A program made the translations under genes and the position numbers. A stretch of DNA of 64,000 nucleotides from Marinosulfonomonas sp. (GTDB lineage: Bacteria > Pseudomonadota > Alphaproteobacteria > Rhodobacterales > Rhodobacteraceae): NCBI GenBank assembly GCA_026984915.1, contig JALSRG010000110.1, positions 131 through 64,130 of the forward strand, in the 5' to 3' direction. Below the pieces are notes generated by a model that saw only the letters and a program-made list of their open reading frames with translations, did not search any database and was not told the origin of the DNA. Within the stretch, counting starts at the first letter, position 1; the number at the start of each line of letters is the position of its first letter. Positions 18,100-28,190 of the stretch are shown here, one piece after another.

Positions 18100-19899
18100 T
18101 TACAGAGGGGCACATGTTACTTTCAGCCAGTTCTTTGCCTTGTCCCCGACCAGGGGCGCAATTTTTTGATAGACACCTGCGTGATAGGTATTCAGCCAGC
18201 CGCTTTCATCCGCAGAAAGCAGTTCCTTCAGGATCAGGCGCTTGTCGATCGGCACCCATGTCAGGGTTTCAAACTGCAACATCTCGCGCTCATCGCCACC
18301 GTCGGGTTTCTGGGCCTGTTGCACGATCAGCAGGTTTTCAATGCGGATTCCAAAGGCGTCCTCACGATAGTATCCCGGCTCGTTGGAAATGATCATGCCC
18401 GGCTCCAGCGGGGCTTCGGCGGTGCGGGACAGCCGTTGCGGCCCTTCATGCACGCTGAGATACATTCCTACACCGTGGCCGGTGCCATGATCATAGTCCA
18501 AGCCATCGCGCCATAGAGGCGTACGGGCCAGCGTATCGAGATCACGCCCCGCCAACCCGCGCGGCCATCGCGCCCGACTGATGGCGATCATCCCCTGCAG
18601 CACGCGCGTGTAGGCGCGCCGAATGCTTTCTTCGGTGGGAGCTGACCCAACCGGCAGCGTGCGTGTGATATCGGTTGTGCCGTCAAGATACTGTCCGCCG
18701 CTGTCAAGCAAAAGCAGTTCGCCGGGGCGCAGTTGGCGGTTGCTCGCATGCGTCACCCGATAATGCACGATCGCTGCATGCGGCCCGGCCCCTGCAATCG
18801 TGTCAAAGCTGATATCCTTCAGTTGGCCGGTTGCGCGCCGACAGGCTTCCAGCTTTTCCACCACATCGATTTCGCTAAGCGCCCCTTTTGGCGCTGTTTC
18901 CTCGAACCAGGTCAGAAATTCGGCCAGCGCCGCCCCATCGCGCAGGTGGGCTGCGCGCGTGTTGGCTATCTCGACACTGTTCTTGCGCGCTTTTGGCAGC
19001 ACGCAGGGATCCTGTGCGAAAACGGTTTCAATTCCCGCGGCCTCAAGCGTTTGAACAACCAGGATCGGGGCCGAGGTTTTATCAACCCTGACCGGCCCCG
19101 TCAGAGATGAAAGAGCAGGAAGGAACTGATCCCAATCAGCAATATCAATATCCGGATCCGGGCCAATTGATGCGGCTTTGTCCGTATCAGTAAACAGGCT
19201 GACCCGGCCCTGCTGGTCCACAATGGCAAAACACTGCGCCACGGGGATGCGGGCTATGTCGTGGCCCCGGATATTCAGCAGCCAGCAGATACTGTCGGGT
19301 AGGGTCAGCACGACGGCTTTCTGCCCCGCCGCGCGCAACTGCCCGGCGATATCCGCCCGTTTTTCGCAAGATGGTTTTCCCGCGAGATTGGCCGGGTAGT
19401 CAATGATCGGCGCGTCCGGTCGGTTTGGTCGATCCAGCCAGATGCGATCAACCAGGTTGGGTGCCGGGCGCAGGTGAATGCCGCTGCCCTCAAGTGCATG
19501 CATGTGCTGTTCGATTTCATGCGGGGTATGCAGCCAGGCATCATAGCCGACCTTGCCACCATGTGGCAGCGTCTCGCGCAACCAATCTGCCAGTTTCACA
19601 TCAGGCCAGTCGATCTGGGAAAAGACCTCGGCGATCTGTTGGCGGGCCTGCACCCTGTAGCGACCGTCAACGAAAACGCCGGCCTGTTCCTGCGTCACCG
19701 CGCAAAACCCGGCAGAGCCGGTAAAGCCGGTCAACCAGGCCAGACGCTCATCGCATGGCGCCACATATTCCCCCTGAAACCGGTCGGCACGCGGCACGAG
19801 AAATCCGTCCAGCCCCTCGGTGGCCATTTCGTTGCGCAGGGCGAGCAACCGCTCAGGGCCCTTTTCCTTCTGACTTTTATCCTCGAAACTCTGAAACAT
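18100..19899 (-). CDS. aminopeptidase P family (M24B Xaa-Pro aminopeptidase)
   Basis: 599 aa. Creatinase-like N-terminal domains plus M24 metal-ligand motifs (HGTGHGVGMYLSVHE, SNEPGYY, IRIENL). Confidence 0.85.
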   Translation of the reverse strand: MFQSFEDKSQKEKGPERLLALRNEMATEGLDGFLVPRADRFQGEYVAPCDERLAWLTGFTGSAGFCAVTQEQAGVFVDGRYRVQARQQIAEVFSQIDWPDVKLADWLRETLPHGGKVGYDAWLHTPHEIEQHMHALEGSGIHLRPAPNLVDRIWLDRPNRPDAPIIDYPANLAGKPSCEKRADIAGQLRAAGQKAVVLTLPDSICWLLNIRGHDIARIPVAQCFAIVDQQGRVSLFTDTDKAASIGPDPDIDIADWDQFLPALSSLTGPVRVDKTSAPILVVQTLEAAGIETVFAQDPCVLPKARKNSVEIANTRAAHLRDGAALAEFLTWFEETAPKGALSEIDVVEKLEACRRATGQLKDISFDTIAGAGPHAAIVHYRVTHASNRQLRPGELLLLDSGGQYLDGTTDITRTLPVGSAPTEESIRRAYTRVLQGMIAISRARWPRGLAGRDLDTLARTPLWRDGLDYDHGTGHGVGMYLSVHEGPQRLSRTAEAPLEPGMIISNEPGYYREDAFGIRIENLLIVQQAQKPDGGDEREMLQFETLTWVPIDKRLILKELLSADESGWLNTYHAGVYQKIAPLVGDKAKNWLKVTCAPL

Positions 19900-19959
19900 G
19901 CCGCGCGCCTCGTCTTTGTTTTCGAAACATCCCCGCCAAGGGCAGGGCAGGTCATCTGG

Positions 19960-21840
19960 TCAGCCCGTCATTGCCCGACGGATGCCGATCACCCGCGCCC
20001 GTGCGCGCGGATCCTTGTCAAACAGTGCGGCCAGTTGTTCAGTCATGGCCCCAGCCAATTGTTCCACATCCGTGATTGTGACTGCCCGCTGATAGTAGCG
20101 TGTCACGTCGTGGCCAATTCCAATGGCAAGCAATTCTACCATCTTTCGTTTTTCGACCATCTCGATGACATCGCGCAGATGCTTTTCAAGGTAATTTGCG
20201 GGGTTCACGGAAAGTGTGCTGTCATCGACGGGTGCACCGTCAGAGATGACCATCAGGATCTTGCGGGCTTCGGTGCGCATCGTCATCCGCCGGTGGGCCC
20301 ATTCCAGCGCCTCGCCGTCGATGTTTTCCTTCAGCAGGCCCTCTTTCATCATCAGCCCCAGATTCGGCCGGGTTCGCCGCCAGGGGGCATCGGCGGATTT
20401 ATAGACGATATGGCGCAAATCGTTCAGCCGGCCGGGCTGTTGCGGCCGCCCTTCGGCCAGCCAGCGTTCGCGCGATTGCCCGCCTTTCCAGGCCCGGGTG
20501 GTGAAGCCCAGGATTTCAACCTTGACGCTGCAGCGCTCCAGCGTGCGGGCCAGCACATCGGCGCAAATCGCGGCAATCGAGATAGGGCGCCCGCGCATTG
20601 ACCCCGAATTGTCAATCAACAGGGTTACCACGGTATCCTTGAATTCGGTATCTTTCTCAACCTTGAAGCTGAGCGGTGTTGTCGGGTTGGCCACAACCCG
20701 CGCCAGGCGCCCGGCATCAAGAATTCCCTCTTCGCGATCAAATTCCCAACTGCGGTTTTGCTGTGCCTGAAGCCGGCGCATCAGCTTGTTGGCAAGCCGG
20801 GAAACCGCACCTTTCAGCGGTTCGAGTTGCTGGTCGAGATAGGCCCGCAGGCGTTCAAGCTCGGCCACTTCTGCCAGATCCTCGGCGCGTATCTCTTCGT
20901 CAAAATCCGTGGTGAATACCTTGTAGTTCGGATCGGCCTCGCTGACGGGGGCCGGGGCAGGTGGCTCCATCGGGGCTTCGCCCTCGGGCAGTTCCTCCTC
21001 GTCGCCCTGTTCCAGATCGGCCATGTCGTCCATGCTGATCTGGGCTTGCGACTGGTCCTGGCTGTCCTCCTGCGACTGCTCGGGGCTGGCCTCGGCCTGT
21101 TCGTCTTCGCTGTCATCCTGCCCCTGGCTGTCGGGATTATCGTCCTCCTCCTCCGCTTCGGCCTGATCATCTGACTGGTCGTCTTCGGAGTCCGGATCCT
21201 CCCCAAGCTGATCACCATAGCCCAGATCGGCAATGACCTGACGGGCAAAACGGGCAAATGCCGCCTGGTCCAAAAGCACCTCATCCAGATTATTCAGCGT
21301 GTCGCCGGCCTTTCCCTCAATGAAATCGCGCCACAGGGCCATGACATTGTCGGCGCCTTCCGGCAGTTCGCGCCCGGTGGCCAGGTAACGTGTCAGATAA
21401 CCTGCGGCGGCGGCAAGTGGGGCCTCGGCCTGCACCTTGATATCCGCATACCCCTTGCGACGTGCCTCTTCAGCAATGGTGGCGTCGATATTGCCCAGCG
21501 TGCCGGGCATGTTGCGCGCGCCGACGGCCTCACAGCGCGCTGTCTCCATGGCATTGTATATCGCCCGGGCCATTTCGCCTTCCGGGGTATAACGTGCGCC
21601 AACCGCATCATTATGGAACTTGTGGTGCAGCGCCAATGCGTCGGCTGTTCCGCGCGCCTGCAGCACCTCATCGCGTGTCATCTTGCGGCTGATCTGCGGT
21701 AGCCGCACGTTTTCACCGCTTATGCCGGCAGGATCCACCGTATAGCTGACGGTGAGGTCAGGATCATCGGCCATCACCTTGGTGGTTTCCGCCAGCGCCT
21801 TTTTGAAAGGATCGGCGGGGTTATCCGATTTTCTATGCAC
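19960..21840 (-). CDS. cobT: cobaltochelatase subunit CobT (VWA domain)
   Basis: 626 aa. Highly acidic central linker ([18 protein letters not shown]...) and a C-terminal VWA/MIDAS motif ([10 protein letters not shown]). Immediately downstream of cobS. Confidence 0.85.
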   Translation of the reverse strand: MHRKSDNPADPFKKALAETTKVMADDPDLTVSYTVDPAGISGENVRLPQISRKMTRDEVLQARGTADALALHHKFHNDAVGARYTPEGEMARAIYNAMETARCEAVGARNMPGTLGNIDATIAEEARRKGYADIKVQAEAPLAAAAGYLTRYLATGRELPEGADNVMALWRDFIEGKAGDTLNNLDEVLLDQAAFARFARQVIADLGYGDQLGEDPDSEDDQSDDQAEAEEEDDNPDSQGQDDSEDEQAEASPEQSQEDSQDQSQAQISMDDMADLEQGDEEELPEGEAPMEPPAPAPVSEADPNYKVFTTDFDEEIRAEDLAEVAELERLRAYLDQQLEPLKGAVSRLANKLMRRLQAQQNRSWEFDREEGILDAGRLARVVANPTTPLSFKVEKDTEFKDTVVTLLIDNSGSMRGRPISIAAICADVLARTLERCSVKVEILGFTTRAWKGGQSRERWLAEGRPQQPGRLNDLRHIVYKSADAPWRRTRPNLGLMMKEGLLKENIDGEALEWAHRRMTMRTEARKILMVISDGAPVDDSTLSVNPANYLEKHLRDVIEMVEKRKMVELLAIGIGHDVTRYYQRAVTITDVEQLAGAMTEQLAALFDKDPRARARVIGIRRAMTG

Positions 21841-21863
21841 TTTTGCGCCCTTTCATTGCGGCG

Positions 21864-22850
21864 CTATCCCAAACTCATGCTCGCCGCACTTTCCGGCAAT
21901 TCCTCATCAAAGCAGCGCTGATAGAATTCCGCCACGGTCTGGCGTTCCAGTTCATCGCATTTGTTGAGAAAGCTGACCCGGAAGGCATAGCCCACATTGC
22001 GGAAGATGCTGGCGTTCTGAGCCCAGTTGATCACCGTGCGGGGGCTCATGACCGTACTCAGGTCGCCGTTCATGAAGGCGGTGCGCGTCAGATCGGCCAC
22101 AGTTACCATCTGGCTGATCGTCTTGCGGCCGTTTTCGGTGTTGTACAAAGGGTTCTTTGCCAGAACGATTGCCACCTCGGCGTCATGACTGAGATAGTTC
22201 AGCGTTGCTACAAGCGACCAACGGTCCATCTGGGCCTGATTGATCTGCTGGGTGCCGTGGTAAAGCCCGGTCGTATCACCCAGCCCGACAGTATTCGCAG
22301 TAGAAAACAGCCGGAAATACGGATGGGGCGTGATAATCTCGTTCTGGTCCATCAGCGTCAGTTTGCCGTCATGTTCCAGCACTCGCTGAATCACAAACAT
22401 CACATCCGCGCGTCCGGCATCATATTCGTCAAATACGATTGCCACGGGGTTGCGCAGCGCCCAAGGCAGGATGCCCTCGTGAAATTCGGTCACCTGTTTG
22501 CCATCGCGCAGCTTGATCGCATCCTTGCCGATCAGGTCGATCCGGCTGATGTGGCTGTCAAGGTTCACACGTACGGCAGGCCAGTTCAGCCGCGCGGCGA
22601 CCTGTTCGATATGGGTGGATTTGCCGGTGCCATGATAGCCCTGGATCATTACCCGCCGGTTGTGGCTGAAACCGGCGAGGATGGCCAATGTGGTATCGGG
22701 GTCGAACTTGTAGGTCGTGTCAATGTCAGGCACGCGTTCGCCGCGCTCTTCAAATCCTTTGACCACCATATCTGAATCGATACCGAACACCTCGCGGACA
22801 GAGATTTCCTCGGTGGGTTTCGCCTTGTGCTCCAATGTGCCGTCCGCCAT
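21864..22850 (-). CDS. cobS: cobaltochelatase subunit CobS (MoxR-like AAA+ ATPase)
   Basis: Walker [25 protein letters not shown] 22850 follows an AAGGA RBS; the listed ORF start at 22940 is an upstream extension. Confidence 0.85.
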   Translation of the reverse strand: MADGTLEHKAKPTEEISVREVFGIDSDMVVKGFEERGERVPDIDTTYKFDPDTTLAILAGFSHNRRVMIQGYHGTGKSTHIEQVAARLNWPAVRVNLDSHISRIDLIGKDAIKLRDGKQVTEFHEGILPWALRNPVAIVFDEYDAGRADVMFVIQRVLEHDGKLTLMDQNEIITPHPYFRLFSTANTVGLGDTTGLYHGTQQINQAQMDRWSLVATLNYLSHDAEVAIVLAKNPLYNTENGRKTISQMVTVADLTRTAFMNGDLSTVMSPRTVINWAQNASIFRNVGYAFRVSFLNKCDELERQTVAEFYQRCFDEELPESAASMSLG

Positions 22851-23386
22851 GTCTGTTTCCTTCGTCTGACGCACCCCGCCGGACGCGTTTTCATCATTGC
22901 TGTTGTCCTCTAATTCCGTCGCAAGGGCAAGAGGAAGCACGCGGCAATTTCCATGCTTCTTTTACGCGAGGCATACAGACTATCTGCGCAGCGGTGAATT
23001 GCCAACACTCATGATCGAACATGTAAGCAGATTGAAGATCAGGGAGTCCTTTTCACATGAATCATATTTATGTTGCGCTGTTCACATCCGGCTGGGCGTA
23101 TCCCGAATACCCTGATTTTCGGCATTGTTGCGGTATTGCCAGAGACTCGCTTGTTGGCCTCCGGGTTGTGGTTCTTTTACCCTGTTCGGTCCTGTCCCGC
23201 CGGTTTGCGGGTTTGGTCGCGGTTTGGCAGAACTCATGGGGCCGCTTATCTGGTATTGCCCGGAAACAATACACTGAACATATTTCTCGTTTTCGCCAGA
23301 TTGAAATATCACACCAAACTGTGATCTGCCGTGTCTTGCCATGTATTCAGGCTGTTGTGATATGGTTCAGGCAAAAGGAGAACTGA

Positions 23387-23863
23387 ATGAATCGTCGTGA
23401 CCTATTGAAATCCGGATTGGCAGCAAGCGCCGTTCTGGCCTTGACAGGTGCGCGCCTGCCAGCTGCGGCCAAACAGTTTGAAATCATGCGAACGGACGCA
23501 GAATGGCGCCAGTTGCTCAGCCCAAAAGCCTATCGTGTCTTGCGTCATGAGGATACCGAGCGGGCCTTTTCCAGCCCGTTGAATGATGAACACCGGAAAG
23601 GTGTATTTGTCTGTGCCGGCTGTGATTTGCCGCTGTATTCTTCAGAAACAAAATATGATAGCGGCACTGGCTGGCCATCATTCTGGAAACCTCTGCCCAA
23701 TGCCATTGGCACCAAGCAGGATAACACCCTGTTTTCCCGCCGCACCGAAGTTCACTGCCGCCGCTGCGGGGGGCATTTGGGACATGTTTTCAAAGACGGA
23801 CCCAAACCGACCGGCCTGCGGTATTGCATGAACGGTGTGGCGATGAAGTTCATCCCGGCCTGA
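23387..23863 (+). CDS. msrB: peptide-methionine (R)-S-oxide reductase MsrB with exported-type N-terminus
   Basis: SelR motifs CAGCDLPLYSSETKYDSGTGWPSFW and HCRRCGGHLGHVFKDGP. N-terminal MNRRDLLKSGLAASAVLALTG resembles a Tat/Sec signal. Confidence 0.88.
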   Translation: MNRRDLLKSGLAASAVLALTGARLPAAAKQFEIMRTDAEWRQLLSPKAYRVLRHEDTERAFSSPLNDEHRKGVFVCAGCDLPLYSSETKYDSGTGWPSFWKPLPNAIGTKQDNTLFSRRTEVHCRRCGGHLGHVFKDGPKPTGLRYCMNGVAMKFIPA

Positions 23864-23886
23864 CAGATTTCCTGAAGTATTGGCTT

Positions 23887-23916
23887 GAGCGGCGTAAAAT
23901 CCTGCGCCGCTTTTTT
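23887..23916 (+). terminator. intrinsic terminator downstream of msrB
   Basis: Stem gcggcg (23889-23894) / cgccgc (23905-23910), followed by tttttt. Confidence 0.6.
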
Positions 23917-24005
23917 GCAGGCTCTTCGCCAATGCAGCAGAGTTGAAGGGCTGATTGTCTGGCGGGGAAGTCCAGGTTCGAGCTTGACCCATTAGGCTTG
24001 ACCCG

Positions 24006-24638
24006 TCAATCGTGAAAACTGCGGCTTTCCTTGATCTGGTCCCAGGCCCATACGACCTCCTGCAAGCGTTCCTCGTCTGAGCGGTCTCCGCCGTTCAGGT
24101 CAGGATGAAGTATCTTGATCAGCTTTTTGTATTGCTTGCGGATTTCGGCTTTGCGCCAATGGTCCTTGGCTTCCAGAATTTCGACAGCGCGGCGTTCTTT
24201 CGGGGGCAGCCTGCGGGTGCCGGTGATGGATTTTCCCGGGTTGCGTGTGGCATTGTCACCCAATACCTGGTGCGGGTCATCCACGCCCAGGCGTGCCCAG
24301 GCACGCTGTTCATCACTCTTGCGGCCAAAAGGCTTTGTTTCGCGTTCCCAGACGCGGTCCTTGTCCATTTGCTCGGCCAGTTCCTCCTCGGAATGGGCGT
24401 TGAAAAAGTTCCATTTGAGATTGTATTCGCGCACATGTTTCTGACAGAACCAGACGTAGTTTTCCAGATCGTCGGGTGATTTGGGCGCGCGGTATTTCCC
24501 GCCTTCTTCGCAGCCGGGGTGTTCGCATATCCGGGTTGATGTTTCAAATGCGCCCGACATGCCGCGCCGACCACGCGGTTTTTTCTTTTTGGCCGCAGAC
24601 ACTGAAATGTCAAAACCGAAAGGATCGTTCTTTGCCAT
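24006..24638 (-). CDS. J-domain protein (C-terminal DnaJ domain, N-terminal Cys/His-rich region)
   Basis: C-terminal J domain with an HPD motif (KKLIKILHPDLNGGD). N-terminal CEHPGCEEGGKY...FCQKHVREYN looks like a zinc-binding module. Divergent from bolA. Confidence 0.75.
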   Translation of the reverse strand: MAKNDPFGFDISVSAAKKKKPRGRRGMSGAFETSTRICEHPGCEEGGKYRAPKSPDDLENYVWFCQKHVREYNLKWNFFNAHSEEELAEQMDKDRVWERETKPFGRKSDEQRAWARLGVDDPHQVLGDNATRNPGKSITGTRRLPPKERRAVEILEAKDHWRKAEIRKQYKKLIKILHPDLNGGDRSDEERLQEVVWAWDQIKESRSFHD

Positions 24639-24762
24639 ACCCGCTCCATATATGTAGTGCCGCCATCACTCTTGTCTGCGCATGCAGGCCATGGGTGCTT
24701 TGCGACTCGGCCACGGGAGTTTACAGTTCCCGACAGCATATAGAAGGGGGCAATGGCAAAAA

Positions 24763-25020
24763 ATGAGCATTCGTGATGAAATTGCGCAGAAATTACAGCA
24801 CAGATTTCAGCCGACTCATCTGGAAGTTTTGGATGAAAGTCAAAAACACATTGGTCATGCCGGGTATAATGAATCCGGTGAAAGCCATTTCCGCATCATT
24901 ATCCGTGCTCCTGACTTTGCCGGTCAATCACGTCTGGCCCGACATCGGGCTGTGCATGATGCGCTCGGCAAGGAGATTGTCGAACGCATCCATGCTCTGG
25001 CGTTGGACATTGACGCATAG
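24763..25020 (+). CDS. bolA: BolA family protein
   Basis: 85 aa. BolA pattern (LEVLDESQKHIGHAG...SHFRIIIRAPDFAGQSRLARHRAVHDAL). Confidence 0.85.
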   Translation: MSIRDEIAQKLQHRFQPTHLEVLDESQKHIGHAGYNESGESHFRIIIRAPDFAGQSRLARHRAVHDALGKEIVERIHALALDIDA

Positions 25021-25042
25021 AGGCAGAGGCTTTGCTGCGTGG

Positions 25043-25492
25043 TTATTGTGCAGCCACGTCACTGCTGTCGATCTTGGGTGCGCTGGCCGAAGTTTCAGCG
25101 TCGGCATTGGCCGGCCCGAGCTTCGGTGCCTCGCCAATGTCCGCCGCCGCATGCGCAGAAGGGGCCTTTACGGCAATTTCGCGTGCCGGTTCTGACTTCG
25201 GCTTTGGGGCAACTGCCTTTGCGACCACGGGTTGGGCTGCATCGGTGGTTTCCTCCGCGGCGATTTTTCGACGAAAAACCAACATATTCTGAAAAACCGT
25301 ATTCTTTCCGCGAAATCCCGAGCGTACTTCGCAAGGAAGGGTATCAGAGCGCTGATACTCCCAGCCATCGGCCCCCAGTTCATTCATTACGTCCGCCAAT
25401 GCGACGGCAAAACGTGCCTCGACAGATTTCGCACCCTTGGCTCGGGTCCCTTTTGTCGGGGCCGGTACGACCTTGTATTCATACTGAGACAT
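25043..25492 (-). CDS. DUF4177 domain protein with low-complexity Ala/Pro/Lys tail
   Basis: N-terminal MSQYEYKVVPAP...LNELGADGWEY matches the DUF4177 pattern. The C-terminal half is low complexity. Confidence 0.6.
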   Translation of the reverse strand: MSQYEYKVVPAPTKGTRAKGAKSVEARFAVALADVMNELGADGWEYQRSDTLPCEVRSGFRGKNTVFQNMLVFRRKIAAEETTDAAQPVVAKAVAPKPKSEPAREIAVKAPSAHAAADIGEAPKLGPANADAETSASAPKIDSSDVAAQ

Positions 25493-25576
25493 TCCTGCGC
25501 CCTTTTGCGTCGGTGATACGAGTGCTCACACTATCTGATTCGCATCCCCAATGTCCAAGGCACGAAGGCAAAGGTC

Positions 25577-25607
25577 GGCGGAGTGTGGCCAAATGGCCCG
25601 CTCCGCC
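25577..25607 (-). terminator. hairpin downstream of the VPLPA-CTERM gene
   Basis: 7-bp stem ggcggag / ctccgcc enclosing a nested ggcc..ggcc stem. The downstream U-tract on the minus strand is weak. Confidence 0.35.
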
Positions 25608-25623
25608 AGCAGATTTTCAGGGG

Positions 25624-26244
25624 TCAGCCGCGCTGTGATCTGCGGCGCCCTGCCAAACCAAGGCCCAGTAAACCAAGACCGAGCAACGGCAGGCTTGCCG
25701 GCAAGGGAACCGCAGTAAGATTGGAGTCAACCGAATAGTTGAGGTTATCAATGCCGACATTCCAGTCGCTTCCCCACTGGAAATAGGCGGCCCCGGTCAC
25801 ATTGGCAAAAACTGTGGTTGAGTGGCCAGAGAAAACCGCATCTTCCAGGCTCCAGATCTGGTTCCAGTCCGAGTCAAAGATATAAAACGAAGCCATACGG
25901 CGGCGTCCGTTCCACCAGGTGCCCACGTCAAATGATTCGATCGTAACCTCATAGGCTGAATCCGGCACAAACTGCAGTTCGCCTATGCGCCCGTCACGAG
26001 AAGCATAGGCAACGTCCCGCAGTTCACTGTATCCGCGGCGCCAATGTTCGATATGCTGTTCATAGACCGAACTGTTGCCAAAACCATTTCGGGTGCGGTT
26101 GGAAACATCCAGATGTGCGATATCACCCAACGAACTGTCAAAAGCCCCGTAATTTGCCCAGATATCATCGAAAGTCATAACGGCTGCAGAAGCACCGGAC
26201 GCCGCGGCCATAAACAGAACTGAACCCAACAGGGTGCGTAGCAT
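25624..26244 (-). CDS. secreted protein with VPLPA-CTERM sorting signal
   Basis: Signal peptide [21 protein letters not shown]-terminus is AVPLPASLPLLGLGLLGLGLAGRRRSQRG: a VPLPA motif, a hydrophobic helix and a basic tail. ATG 26244 was chosen; the listed ORF start at 26460 is an upstream extension. Confidence 0.7.
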   Translation of the reverse strand: MLRTLLGSVLFMAAASGASAAVMTFDDIWANYGAFDSSLGDIAHLDVSNRTRNGFGNSSVYEQHIEHWRRGYSELRDVAYASRDGRIGELQFVPDSAYEVTIESFDVGTWWNGRRRMASFYIFDSDWNQIWSLEDAVFSGHSTTVFANVTGAAYFQWGSDWNVGIDNLNYSVDSNLTAVPLPASLPLLGLGLLGLGLAGRRRSQRG

Positions 26245-26521
26245 TTTGCAAACTCCGTAACAGAAAGAATCGTTTTTTCGAGCTTTTGAATAAAAAGAAA
26301 ATATGTCGTTAAAATGATGTCCGGACCCGCAAAAATGACATCTTTGGGGCGGAAATCGCGCGGTGTTGGTTAAAAAAAGGGGAAACCATGCTATTGTTGA
26401 CGGGAAAGGCGCAATTGCAACGATCTCCGTGAATGTGTGGTGATAGGTCGGAGGACACAAGGCCTGTGCCCCTGCGAAACTCTCCTCGCAAGGGCTGTCC
26501 AGAACCGGCAGGTTGATTTCC

Positions 26522-28033
26522 TTAACCGTTCAGTTTTTTTGCAACGATCTCGTTCACCGCTTTCGGGTTGGCCTTGCCGCCGGTGGCTTTCATCACCTGC
26601 CCCACAAACCAGCCGGCAAGTTTCGGGTTTACCTTGGCTTTCTCGACTTGGGCTGGATTGGCTGCAATGATCTGGTCGACGGCCTCTTCGAGAGCACCAA
26701 GATCAGTGACCTGCCGCATACCGCGTTCTTCCACGATTTCAGCAGCATTCCCGCCTTCGACCCACATGATTTCAAATACGTCTTTGGCAATTTTACCGCT
26801 GATGTCACCTTTTGTGATCAACGCAATCATTCCGCTTAGTTGGGTGGCTGAAACCGGACTGTCAGCAATTGGTTTGTCTTCTTTTTTCAGCCGGCCAAAC
26901 AATTCGTTGATAACCCAGTTCGCGGCCAGTTTTCCGTCGCCTCCGGCAGCCACCTCCTCAAAATAGGTGGCCGTGACGGAATCGGCGCAAAGCACGCTGG
27001 CATCGTAGTCGGAAAGGCCAAACTCATTGATAAAGCGCGCTTTCTTCTCGTCAGGAAGTTCAGGAAGGCTGTCTTTGATCCGGTCGACGAACGACTGTTC
27101 GATTGTCAGGGGCAGCAAGTCCGGGCAAGGGAAATAGCGATAATCGTGGGCCTCTTCCTTGCTGCGCATGCTGCGGGTTTCGCCTTTGTCAGGATCAAAC
27201 AACCGGGTTTCCTGGTCAATCGTACCGCCGTCCTCCAGAATGGCAATCTGGCGCCGGGCTTCATAGTCGATCGCCTGTTGGATAAAGCGCATGGAGTTCA
27301 TGTTCTTCAACTCACAGCGGGTGCCCAGATGGTTGAAATCCTGGGTCTCCATGTATTTTTCGTATTGGCCGGGGCGACAGACCGATACGTTCACATCGGC
27401 ACGTAGATTGCCATTTTGCATGTTGCCATCACAGGTGCCCAGATACCGCAGCAACTGACGCATCTTGACGACATATGCAGCGGCCTCTTCGGGGCTGCGA
27501 ATGTCGGGGCGGCTGACGATTTCCATCAGGGCAACGCCTGTGCGGTTCAGATCAACAAACGACATGTTCGGATCCATGTCGTGGATGGATTTCCCCGCAT
27601 CCTGTTCCAGGTGGATGCGCTCGATTCGGACCAGACGTGCAACACCTTCCCCCATATCGACCAGAACTTCGCCCTCTCCGACGATCGGGTGATAAAGTTG
27701 GGAAATCTGGTAGCCCTGTGGCAGATCAGGGTAGAAGTAATTCTTGCGGTCAAAGGCGGACCAGAGGTTGATTTCTGCCTTGAGCCCCAGGCCCGTACGC
27801 ACCGCTTGTTCGACGCAATATTCGTTGATTACCGGCAGCATGCCGGGCATGGCGGCATCCACAAAGGACACGTTCGAATTTGGCTCGGCCCCGAATTTGG
27901 TCGAGGCGCCGGAAAACAGTTTGGCATTGCTGGACACCTGAGCATGTATTTCCATACCGATGACCATTTCCCAGTCATGCTTGGCGCCGGCGATCATTTT
28001 TGCTGCGGGGGCAGTATAGGTCAGGTCTAGCAT
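26522..28033 (-). CDS. gatB: Asp-tRNA(Asn)/Glu-tRNA(Gln) amidotransferase subunit B
   Basis: 503 aa. GatB N-terminal motifs ([27 protein letters not shown]) and a C-terminal YqeY-like domain. Confidence 0.92.
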   Translation of the reverse strand: MLDLTYTAPAAKMIAGAKHDWEMVIGMEIHAQVSSNAKLFSGASTKFGAEPNSNVSFVDAAMPGMLPVINEYCVEQAVRTGLGLKAEINLWSAFDRKNYFYPDLPQGYQISQLYHPIVGEGEVLVDMGEGVARLVRIERIHLEQDAGKSIHDMDPNMSFVDLNRTGVALMEIVSRPDIRSPEEAAAYVVKMRQLLRYLGTCDGNMQNGNLRADVNVSVCRPGQYEKYMETQDFNHLGTRCELKNMNSMRFIQQAIDYEARRQIAILEDGGTIDQETRLFDPDKGETRSMRSKEEAHDYRYFPCPDLLPLTIEQSFVDRIKDSLPELPDEKKARFINEFGLSDYDASVLCADSVTATYFEEVAAGGDGKLAANWVINELFGRLKKEDKPIADSPVSATQLSGMIALITKGDISGKIAKDVFEIMWVEGGNAAEIVEERGMRQVTDLGALEEAVDQIIAANPAQVEKAKVNPKLAGWFVGQVMKATGGKANPKAVNEIVAKKLNG

Positions 28034-28190
28034 GTTGCTCCATCCGGTGTTGTATTCCGCCTTCTAAAACAGGGCCGCGCGGGGGGCAAGGGGGCAGAAT
28101 GGGCGGGGTGCTGCTGAAACGGGCCAGAGGGATTTGCACTTGGGCGGGGGATGCTCCATCACTGGATGAAATGGTTGATGGAGACAGGAA

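Noticed and set aside
22851-23130. Possible cobalamin riboswitch in the leader of cobS.
   Set aside because: Reading the minus strand, I could not find the conserved B12-box / GCCACTG core or the GGTGAAA..TCC pattern. Only a covariance-model scan could fully exclude it.
23150-23260. SRP (4.5S) RNA-like stretch on the minus strand (gggacaggaccgaacagggtaaaagaaccacaac) and a 9-nt repeat ggtattgcc 120 bp apart.
   Set aside because: - The highly conserved SRP domain IV sequence (GGUCCGGAAGGAAGCAGCC-like, with its GGAA loop) is not matched.
- A single 9-mer repeat within a 500-bp region is within chance expectation.
23975-24004. tRNA T-arm-like ggttcgagc followed by the direct repeat gcttgaccc-N5-gcttgaccc, which could be a tRNA fragment or att site.
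   Set aside because: - No complementary T-stem or acceptor stem can be drawn.
- No integrase is nearby.
- By rough estimate, a 9-mer repeated at short range is expected several times by chance in 64 kb.
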